A stretch of 63,351 bases of DNA, counting the filler, from Octopus bimaculoides (Eukaryota): assembly GCF_001194135.2 (NCBI RefSeq). It is 7 parts of 5 records of this genome, joined end to end, with 100 filler letters (N's around TTAATTAATTAA, not from the genome) between each part and the next. Parts side by side here need not be neighbours in the genome. Positions count along the whole stretch, not along the records: positions 54,091 to 55,387 come from NC_068987.1; positions 55,488 to 58,426 come from NC_069005.1; positions 58,527 to 61,218 come from NC_069008.1; positions 61,319 to 63,351 come from NC_069005.1; 3 more parts are not named here. One strand, given 5' to 3'. The notes under the pieces were generated by a model. The model did no database searches and was not told the origin of the DNA. It saw nothing but the letters and a program-made list of their open reading frames with translations. Made by a program: the position numbers and the translations under genes. Positions 54,691 to 63,351 of the stretch are shown here, in pieces (positions within the stretch are counted from its first letter, which is position 1; the number at the start of each line of letters is the position of its first letter).

Positions 54691-55092
54691 GACTTGGTAA
54701 CGTGTACCATGTTTTCGCTAATTATTTTAGGTGCCTATGTACCCGTGTGCAGAACTCTCTTACCTCTCCCATCATTTCACCCAGCGACACGTCCAGGATG
54801 TGACAGCCGCTGGAAGAGAGGATCCCGAGAAAGCGGCTCAAGCACTTGGATGATACTTAAACGCGAAATAAAGTACCTTGCTCAAGAACACAACGCGCTG
54901 TCCGATCGTAAGGAATTGAAGCTCTCACGACATTCTGAATGTGTGTCGAACAAGATGGAAAAGAATGGAACAATCAAGACAGAATTAGAAGCGCATTGTG
55001 ATCAGCGGTGCATTACAGCTTCTGATGAGATGCATACATATCTGTGATACGCATGAATGCATATCACAGATGCTGTGATATGAATACGTAAA

Positions 55093-55124
<32 letters not shown>

Positions 55125-55219
55125 AGTGTGATTGTGTGTGTGATTGTGTGTGAGTGTGAGACTGTGTGTGTGTGTGTGTGTGTGTGTACTTTATTATAAA
55201 AGCTGCAAAATATTCATAG

Positions 55220-55261
55220 AACTGTTGCTCAGATTTTCAAGTTCCCGTTCATCGGACAGTT
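55220..55261 (-). ncRNA. Degenerate minimal type I hammerhead-ribozyme-like motif (probable Penelope-type terminal repeat)
   Basis: AACUGU-CCGAUGA-ACG GGAA CUU-GAAA-AUCUGAGCA-ACAGUU: perfect 6-bp stem I, CUGANGA-like core with U4C, short stem II with one mismatch, GAAA. The cleavage triplet reads GCA rather than NUH. Confidence 0.4.
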
Positions 55262-55487
55262 TCTATTAAGTTAAATGTCCCCCCCCCCATTACTAAATAT
55301 TTGCCGTTGCGCTTTTTAAAAAACTAATAAATCTGATTAAAGGTTTATTGGTTTATAATCTAAAACTCAGCAGTCATCAAAATTGCCNNNNNNNNNNNNN
55401 NNNNNNNNNNNNNNNNNNNNNNNNNNNNNNNTTAATTAATTAANNNNNNNNNNNNNNNNNNNNNNNNNNNNNNNNNNNNNNNNNNNN

Positions 55488-55531
<44 letters not shown>

Positions 55532-55540
55532 GTGTGTGTA

Positions 55541-55573
<33 letters not shown>

Positions 55574-55580
55574 TTATACA

Positions 55581-55689
55581 CGACGAGCTTCTTTCAGTTT
55601 CTCTCTACTATATCCAATCACAAAGCTTTGGTTGACCCAAGGCTAAAGTAGAAAACACCCGAACCATGTGGTTGGGAAACAACCTTCTT
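55581..55689 (-). mobile_element. SINE family B head, downstream part (interrupted by the 55690-56871 insertion)
   Basis: CTTCTTTCAGTTT...CACAAAGCTTTGGTTGACCCAAGGCT...GAACCATGTGGTTGGGAAACAACCTTCTT aligns with 5330-5475. Confidence 0.75.
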
Positions 55690-56871
55690 TATTTCATTAC
55701 ATTGGCCATAAAGGCCTTACAATGATAAGAAACTGCGGGCTAGACAAATACATTAATGAGATGAGATGATAACGAAAATGAGCAAAAATGAGAGGGGCAC
55801 CGTCGCCCGCCGACCGATAACCCCTCGAAAACATAGTTCAATTTTTCATTTAAGTTTCACATAATTAAATTTTACAAAATTCAACAGTTCAATCTTCCTT
55901 ATCCGGGCCCCCAAGCAAGATTCCTGCCGCTTGCCGAAAGGCCTGCACTGGTAGGCCTGGACGGAGGGAAACAAAGCCCTCCCGATTACAGGTCTTCTTG
56001 ACCTCTTCTAGTTCTTTTGTAGAAACGACCTCCACCATCACCTGCGCAGGCCAACATGGACTGTCTACACAAACTAAGTCATACTGCTCTCGGCTTAGCA
56101 GACAGTCCAAAAACTTTTCTGTAGGTCCCTCCTTGAGGTAGAAAATGAACAAATCATCCCCTATGTCACTGGGAGGGACCTCAACCTGCTCTGTCAGAGG
56201 CACCGTTCCCACTGACAGAGCCTCTCTCTCCGATGGCACATTCCCCACCGGAGGAGCCTCATGTTCAATCGGCGGCACATCAACACCCGCCGACCGTCTT
56301 CGATTTCTCTTTTTCTTTTTTCTTTTCCTGGTTGCGGGAGTCGAGGCCTTCACCGGCTCACCCGGGGGTCCGTCTTCACTCCCGCATCCTGCACATCATG
56401 TTCTGGTGAGCACCTTCCTTTTCCTATTTGTTGATTTTAATTCCTCAACAACTTCCTCCGCCTCTCTCTGTAATGGGAGGGCAGAGCACTTATTTGTCTT
56501 TCCCTGTTCCGGGCCCTTGCCACAGCCCCTTGGACAATCCTTTTCCACATGGCCCAACTCCAGGCACGAGTGACACTTGGGTGGGGGGCGATATCACTGG
56601 ATACCTGGAGCCTTCCATTGTCAAAATGTCCGGGAAAGTCATTTTCCTCGCGGCCACTAGGGTCCACAGGGTCAAAATTGTCTTCGACCCTTCCCAGTTG
56701 ACCGCGGGAGGCATAATTACATTGAACAACTTGGGGCCACTATCCCCCAGGCCTCGCCGGATAGTATCTTCAATCCATCCGGCCTCTATGCCCGTGGGTA
56801 GCCTGCACACCCAGGCTCTTATTATTTTTCTCCCACAATAAGTGGGGAGGAACACAATTTCTTTTCTCCCA
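55690..56871 (-). mobile_element. Tx1/L1-like non-LTR element carrying a frameshifted ORF1 (CCHC zinc knuckle) and no visible ORF2
   Basis: Minus strand reads RAWVCRLPTGIEAGWIED...FPDILTMEGSRYPV, then after a frameshift PKCHSCLELGHVEKDCP (perfect CX2CX4HX4C at 56575-56534) and a basic RKRKKKKRNRRR tract, with the stop at 55889. Only ~200 bp follow before the interrupted SINE resumes. Confidence 0.7.
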
Positions 56872-56903
56872 GGGAAACTTCATACCACAGAGCCACGCAT
56901 GCG
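56872..56903 (-). mobile_element. SINE family B head, 5'-most part (tRNA A-box)
   Basis: Minus strand GCATGCGTGGCTCTGTGGTATGAAG matches the family head CGTGGCTGTGTGGTAAG seen at 5487-5465. Confidence 0.65.
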
Positions 56904-57049
56904 TCTATAATGTGTGTGTGCTTACATACATGTATACGTACGTATATACATACATACATACATACATACATGCATACATACATACATACATGCATGCATG
57001 CATACATACATACGTACATACATACATACATACATCTGCGTACGTGTGT

Positions 57050-57185
57050 ATGACGCGCTTCTTTCTGCTTCCCTCTACCAAATCCATTCACAAGTCTTTG
57101 GTCTGCCTGAGGTCACAGTAGCAAACATTTACCCATGGCATTATGCTTGTGGTGGAAAAGAACACTTCTTCCCACATAGCAATGC
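57050..57185 (-). mobile_element. Degenerate SINE family B head
   Basis: CTTCTTTCTGCTTCCCTCTACCAAATCCATTCACAAGTCTTTGGTCTGCCTGAGG aligns with 55585-55645. Confidence 0.6.
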
Positions 57186-57239
57186 TGGTGCATGCTCTCT
57201 TTATTTTAGTTGCTGTAGTTTCTTAGTGTCTTATGAAAA

Positions 57240-57780
57240 GGGCTTAATGTGTACTGAATATAAGCCTAGAAGGGTAATGGGTCCCTATCATATTGCTGCA
57301 CCTGACATTTTTTTGTGTCAGGGTTGGTTAAAATTTGTTACAATTCTATTTTGCTTCCTGGTTTTAGTTAATTTAACAATATTAACACGAGAAATTGTGA
57401 ATGTGAGCGCCGTTACTTCACAAGGCCCTCTGTGTTTTAGGTGTATGTTTGTGATCTTTGTCTGGCCCTGAACCTTTTGATATTTTAGATTTCTCTATTA
57501 CCTTTCAGCAGGGGCGGAGAGATGTGTTGAAAGAGTGGGATCAATTCCTGAGCTAGCTTGAAAAGGCATGATTTTCATTTTCTTTCCGCGGTGTTTAGTG
57601 AAAATGTTCGATAAACATTTGATAGGTCTTACAGCATACCCACATCATTTCAAACTGTTGATATCACATGTCGTGTCAGCTGACCAATGGTCTTGCTCTC
57701 TTTGTTGATGCTGTTAACTGTTTCCTCCAAGTAATGTTTTAGTGTCATTTTCATGATTTATGTTGGATATCAATCGTTGC
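57240..57780 (-). pseudogene. Jockey/I-group-like LINE RT N-terminal fragment
   Basis: KSKISKGSGPD..ITNIHLKHRGP...ALT followed by degenerate RIV.IL and PITLL, matching K...K..GPD.I....LK / W....I..I.KP / YRPI.LL. Confidence 0.5.
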
Positions 57781-59153
57781 CAGGAAACTGTTGTTAGGTT
57801 TTAGTTTATTTCTGTTTTACATTTTTACAAGTTGTGTGGAGGTGAAGGGGTGTTCTTTCTTGATTTATCGTTGGATAATAATGATGATGAGGAGGATGAG
57901 GAGGAGGATGACGATGACGATGACGATGACGTTGATTATGATAATGATGATGATGATGTTTTATATTGTTTGTTATGTTTATCAGTCAAGGTGGCATTGG
58001 TTGTGACGGTGGTGTTGATGGTGGACGCGGTGATGCTAGTGATATTAGGAGTGGTGGTGGTGGTGATGGTGGTGGTGAGGGTGGTGGTGGTAGTGAAGCA
58101 TGTAGTAGTGATGGATGGTGGTGATGTTCATAAGGTTAGAAGTAGTGGCGAATGGTGATAGAATCGGTAGTAGTTTTAGAGCTGGTAGTGACAGATGTTG
58201 CGGTGATAGTAGAACTATTGGCGAAAGGACCATGCTGATTGTTCAACAATAGTATGGATGATAGTATTGGTAGTAGCGGAAGTGGTAGCGGTAATGGCAG
58301 TAGCGGTAATGGCAGTAGCGGTAATGGCAGTAGCGGTGCTGCCACTAATGGAAGTGGTGGTGTTGGTGGTTGTGGTTGTGGTGGTGGTAGTGGTTGTGGT
58401 TGTGGTGGTGGTGGTGGCGGTGGTGGNNNNNNNNNNNNNNNNNNNNNNNNNNNNNNNNNNNNNNNNNNNNTTAATTAATTAANNNNNNNNNNNNNNNNNN
58501 NNNNNNNNNNNNNNNNNNNNNNNNNNACACACACACACACACACATGCATATATATATACATAGAAAGAGAAAGAGAGGAAAAATGACAGATAGATAGAC
58601 AGATATACATACATACACTAGTATACACTTGAAAATGCAATCACACATACACACACACACACACACACACTCTTGGTTTCGTATTCTCACTTTCTGTGTT
58701 AGTCTCTCTCTCTTTCTCTCTCCCTTCACATTGGCTCTCTCTCTCTCTCTCTCTCTCCCCACCTCTCTCTGGGCCATCAAAGGTGGCCCCTAGGGAGCCA
58801 GTGGTAGGCCCTTATGCTGTCCATCCATCTATCTATCTCTCTCTCTCTAGAAAGAGAGAGAATAATCATGTGACCTCTACCACCACCACCACCACCACCA
58901 GTATTTACAACTATCACCACATCCACTCCCACGACCCCACTACTACAACCACCACCACCACCACCACTATTATCATAACCACTACCACTGCTATGGTGTC
59001 GACAAACACCACCACTATAACAAGCACTACCACCATCACCGCACTGTAATCACTGCCACTACTACTACTAGTACCACCATCACTGCACTGTAATCACTGC
59101 CACTACTACTACTAGTACCACCACCACTGCCATCACCACCATCAGCCCTACTT

Positions 59154-59195
<42 letters not shown>

Positions 59196-59289
59196 TTGAC
59201 CCATTGGTGTACCAAATAATAGGTCAGTGAACTTTCTAGAAATAGAAGTGAGACCAGTCTGGAATTATCCCCAATTGTTTTGAAAACGG

Positions 59290-60420
59290 TGGAACATTGT
59301 CTCATCTACTTTCGTACAATTGTTTTTGCTATAAAGTTGTAAGGCTGTTTCGATTGCCAGTTGCACCTTCATCCAGTTTCTCTTTTTCAGAGTTGTCATA
59401 GCATGGTCTTCTTTCGGTCGTTTTCTCTTTTAAAAGCTGTAAGCGTATGATCAACGATCGTCTGGTTTCTCTTTCTAAAAGTGACCAAACTACGATCTAC
59501 CTCCGTTTGTTTTCACTTTCTAAAGTTGTAAGGAAATCATCTACGTTCATCCATTTTCTTTTTTACAAAGTCGTAAAAATATGATTTACCCTCGACCGTT
59601 TTCTTTCTTAATAGTTTACAAGTATGAGCTCTCTTTGTTTTGTTTTTTTCTCCTTTAAAGAAGTAAGAGTACAATATAAATATGTCTGGTTTCCATATTT
59701 GATAGTTACAAGAAAATTATCTACTCTCGTCCATTTTCTTTTATTCAAAGTTGTAAGAGTATTCTTCATCCATTTTCGCTTTTATAAAGTCGTAAGTATA
59801 TGATTTACCTTCAACCATTTTCTTTCTCAACGATGTACGAACATGGTCTATCTTCGTCTCTTTCTTCTGTTTTAAAATTGTAAGACTACGATCTACATTC
59901 GAGTTTTAAGTCTACGGTCAACCATCGTCCATTTTCTCTTTTTCAGACTAGTAATAACGTGCTCCACTTTCGGCCGTTTTCTCTTTTTGAATTTGTAACA
60001 GTGACCAACAATCGTCTGTTTTGAAAATCACAAGATTACGATCTACCCCCGTTTGTTTTCACTGATTTCTCGAACCTATATACCTTCAACCGTTTTCTTT
60101 CTTAATGATGTACAATTATAAACTACCTTCACCGTTTCCTTCTGTTATAAAATAGTAAAAGCACAATCTACATTTGTCTAGTTTTTTATATTTGATAGTT
60201 ACAGGAGTATAATCTACTCTCGTGCATTTTCTCTCTTTCAAAGTTGTACGAGAGTGTCATCTTCTTTCATCCATTTTCTTTTCTACAAAGTTGTAAGGAT
60301 ATGATTTACCCTCGACCATTTTCTTTCTCAATGCTATATACGATCTTCCCCGCGTCTCCTTTTTTAAAAGTACAGTCTACTTTTGTCTGTTTTCTCTTTG
60401 TAAAAGCTGCAGACCCCTAT
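59290..60420. repeat. Degenerate ~45-bp minisatellite (~25 units) with an ~495-bp higher-order repeat
   Basis: Unit approximately CCATTTTCTCTTTTTCAAAGTTGTAAGAGTACGATCTACCTTCGT. Diagnostic variants recur at 59697/60190 (ATTTGATAGTTACA) and 59800/60301 (ATGATTTACC..C.ACCATTTTCTTTCTCAA). Confidence 0.75.
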
Positions 60421-60758
60421 CATCCACCTTCAGATGATCTCTTACCTATTTGTTTGTGTTTTTGTCATGATGTGTAACACCAAGCATTAATCTTTCCATT
60501 TTTCTATTTTCTTTTTTTCTTTTGGCACTTTGTCACTTTCCTCTCCATTTCTGCTATTATACTAGCCCATGTTTCTGCTGTTGCACACTGCTATAGAACA
60601 TTCTCTTTTCAGTCTCACCTCCAACTGAGAGCTTTGATAGGATATCACTGTGCTTGTTGGACCAGGTTAACCTGGGGCCAAACAACAACAACAAATGTTT
60701 TCTCCCTTTAAATTTTGTTTTTTCATCCCTCCTTCTCTCCGAATTAATACTCTCTCAC

Positions 60759-61062
60759 AAGGCGGCGAGCTGGCAGAAACGTTAACACGCCGGACGAAAT
60801 GCTCAGCAGTATTTCACCTGTCTTTGCGTTCTGAGTTCAAATTCCGCCGAGGTCGACTTTGCCTTTCATCCTTTTGGGGTCGATAAATTAGGTACCAGTT
60901 GCGTACTGGGGTCAATCTAATTGGCTGGACCTCTTCCCCAGAATTTCGTGCCTTGTGCCTAGAGTAGAAAAGATTATTTCTTTTTTCATCTGTCTTTATG
61001 TTCTGAGTTCAAATTCTGCCGAGGTCAACTTTGCCTTTCATCCTTTCGGGGTCGATAAAACA
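60759..61062 (+). mobile_element. SINE family A, full copy (60759-60976) plus adjacent partial copy (~60985-61062)
   Basis: GGCGGCGAGCTGGCAGAAACGTTA...GAGTTCAAATTCCGCCGAGGTCGACTTTGCCTTTCATCC, with the core repeated immediately downstream. Confidence 0.85.
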
Positions 61063-62249
61063 TGTTTTCTATATTGACCTGCTGGTCAATATGGTTAGCC
61101 ATGGTTGGATTACAACACAATGCTCGTAAAGTATTTGCCTAGATTTTGAAATCCTATTTCCTTTGTGTTGTGTACATATATGTATATATGTATATATATG
61201 AATGTATGTATCTATCTCNNNNNNNNNNNNNNNNNNNNNNNNNNNNNNNNNNNNNNNNNNNNTTAATTAATTAANNNNNNNNNNNNNNNNNNNNNNNNNN
61301 NNNNNNNNNNNNNNNNNNATATATATACGTATAGTACCATACATTGATGATACTGTGTTGAATGTAATCTCCGTCGACAAGTTTCTACTATATGTAATCT
61401 TAATGATTTGGGTTAAATCTTCCAATTTCGATGGTCAAACTTTTGATATTGCTTTGTGGCAGTGGTTAGCACAGCTACAAAGTTTACAGCAAACACGGCG
61501 TTCGAATTCTGCAGGCTTTTCAGCTTTTTCTCGTTTCCGAAGTGTAAACATATGCATGCATACATGTATGTATGTTTGTTGATAAATATGTGTGCGCATG
61601 CATTTGTATCTATGTATGATTTAAAATTTTATCATCAAATGTCTTTATTTGTAGATATTTCGTCATGAACTCTGACGACCAAATTGTCACAGAATCGGAA
61701 AAGGATATGGAAAGCTTGCTGGGACCCTGTAAAAAGATATCAAAATAGCTAGTCACGCGTGTTTTCTCTTTCACTTTACCATGTTCAAGGGACATAATTC
61801 GTAGATAAAAAGAGAATTAAACTTTTTTGTCAATTTCAACAAATATTTGATGTTAATTAATAATTAAATCATTTCATTGGACCAGTGTTTTCTTTTTTCT
61901 TTTATTTTAGTACAACTATGTTTTTAAAACGTCTTTACTTTTTTCCGGTGGATAAGCTAAGCATCCCAGGATTTCAGACATATTTATTAGTTCTCGTAAA
62001 AGATTCCTAGTTGAGGATTTTCCACAAAACCCTTTCTCTTAAAATGTTTGAGAAGTAGAGCACAAGAGTCACGACATGCTCCAGCATAGCCAGTCACATC
62101 GCAGATACCAGACATCCGGAGGACCATTTGTTTTTTGGGGGTTTTTACAGGTGAAATAAACAAGCGTAGATGCTTTGTGCTCACGAAGAAACTGCAGGAA
62201 ATACTCAGAATTTTTGCAAGTTCTTCTAAATCCATTGCAATGTCGAAAA

Positions 62250-62600
62250 TATTTCCGTATCATCAGCAGATTTCTCAGATCACATACGTTTCGTCCCTTA
62301 GCCTGTACACTTCGACTTAATGGGACGGTAAGGATTGAATTATTATTATTTGCCAGCGGAAGGGTTCCACATGCAGTCTCTTATCAACCACAGCTCCCTC
62401 GAACCAGTTTCATCTGCCACGTCTATCTCCTTAGTGGCTTTCTTTAGTTGTCTGGTTTCCAAACCATTCTTCAATCGGAAATAGCACACCGACTTAGATG
62501 GAAAGCCGCGGCAACCGATTTCTATCAGAAATGAGGCCACGTGTCTTCTCTTGACAAGTCTCTCGTCGACCAAGTCCTGATAGTTAGTTTCCTTCAGCTG
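62250..62600 (-). pseudogene. HERO-like (RLE-type) non-LTR retrotransposon 3' end
   Basis: NYQDLVDERLVKRRHVASFLIEIGCRGFPSKSV...LKKATKEIDVADETGSRELWLIRD matches the KY.DLV.E...PVEVGCRGF...A..AE.ASRWLWL.R C-terminus. The following GACGAAAC...CTGATGAT resembles HERO 3' UTRs. Confidence 0.65.
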
Positions 62601-62892
62601 CTTTAAAATACAAAATACATTTTTTTCATTTCGTGTTTTTATTTTCTCGTTGTTGTTGTTGTCATATAATTAGGACAGAGAATACTGCCATGACCCTTTA
62701 CAGGGATCCTAAAACTGACAGAAAGGGGGAAGGACAGTATCTTCAAACGGGAGACTTATCTTGCAGCAGAATACTTGAAGCACAGTGAACTCTCTGCCGA
62801 ACGTGACCCAAGGTACCAGGAGGCGGTGATGAAGGTGGTGGTGGTGGTGGTGGTAAACGGGGTGACTAAGTCTATCATCATCATCATCATCA

Positions 62893-63150
62893 TCATTATC
62901 ATCATTTAATGCCCATTTTCCATGCTGGCACGGGGTGGACGGTTCGACAGGAACTGGCAAGCCAGAGGGCTGCACAAGACACCAGTCATCTGTTTTGGCA
63001 TATTTCTACGGCTCGATGCCCTTCCTGACGCCAACCATTTTACAGAGTGTACTGGGTGCTTTTCTTTTTGACGTAGCGCTGACACGGGTGCTTTTTATGT
63101 GTCACCAGCAAGGGTGCTCTTCGTGTAGCGCTGGCATGGATGCCTTTAAT
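62893..63150 (+). mobile_element. Interspersed repeat (SINE-like) after (CAT)n
   Basis: CATTTAATGCCCATTTTCCATGCTGGCACGGGGTGGACGG...TTTCTACGGCTCGATGCCCTTCCTGACGCCAACC is recalled as an abundant octopus repeat. Confidence 0.55.
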
Positions 63151-63277
63151 GTTACATCGCACGAGTACTTTTTACTACAGAGGAATTTGAACTCAGAGTG
63201 CAAAAGCAGAAACAAATTGCGGAACGCAATTGAGCCAGCGTTCTTTCTGCCACCCCCACCCCCTGCACCACACTGAA

Positions 63278-63351
63278 GTGGTACTTCTTTTAATCGACCC
63301 TGAAAGAATAAAAGGCAAGGATGAAAGGTAAAGTCGACCCCGGCGGCATTT
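63278..63351 (-). mobile_element. Partial SINE family A at the window edge
   Basis: GGTACTTC..TTAATCGACCC...GGATGAAAGGTAAAGTCGACC is the reverse complement of the family core. Confidence 0.75.

Noticed and set aside
59290-60420. CRISPR array interpretation of the regular repeat
   Set aside because: Units are contiguous and degenerate, with no unique spacers and no cas genes, in a eukaryotic context.
62255-62300. GAAAC...CTGATGA on the minus strand as a type II hammerhead
   Set aside because: No complementary stem II, I or III can be formed. Better explained as a HERO-like 3' UTR.

Overview
This is AT-rich, microsatellite-dense eukaryotic genomic DNA with many assembly gaps. The SINE families and the (CA)n/(TA)n/(TACA)n load match what I recall of an Octopus (coleoid cephalopod) genome; this assignment is from memory, not a search. 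I cannot confidently identify a host protein-coding gene, and most ORFs in the supplied track are translations of microsatellites or N-runs. The recognisable content is a collection of decayed transposons. These include a complete but dead mariner element (TIRs plus TA duplication) and fragments of R4/Dong-like, HERO-like, CR1-like, RTE-like, Jockey/I-like and Tx1/L1-like non-LTR retrotransposons. There are also Penelope-like RT and GIY-YIG pieces, tRNA-derived SINEs, foldback MITEs and a Helitron-like element. The most interesting observations are: (1) a 1.2-kb Tx1/L1-like element that appears to carry only ORF1 (CCHC knuckle) plus a 3' end, inserted into the tRNA-like head of a SINE with an apparent target-site duplication; (2) a degenerate minimal hammerhead-ribozyme motif; (3) an RTE copy with a 5'-inversion junction; (4) a 45-bp minisatellite with an ~495-bp higher-order period; (5) isolated splice-signal candidates (a 7-nt microexon and an AG|GT recursive-type site). 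Six TTAATTAATTAA linkers inside 100-bp gaps are assembly artefacts, so adjacency across them is unproven. All protein similarities are by eye against remembered family motifs, and element boundaries are approximate unless stated.
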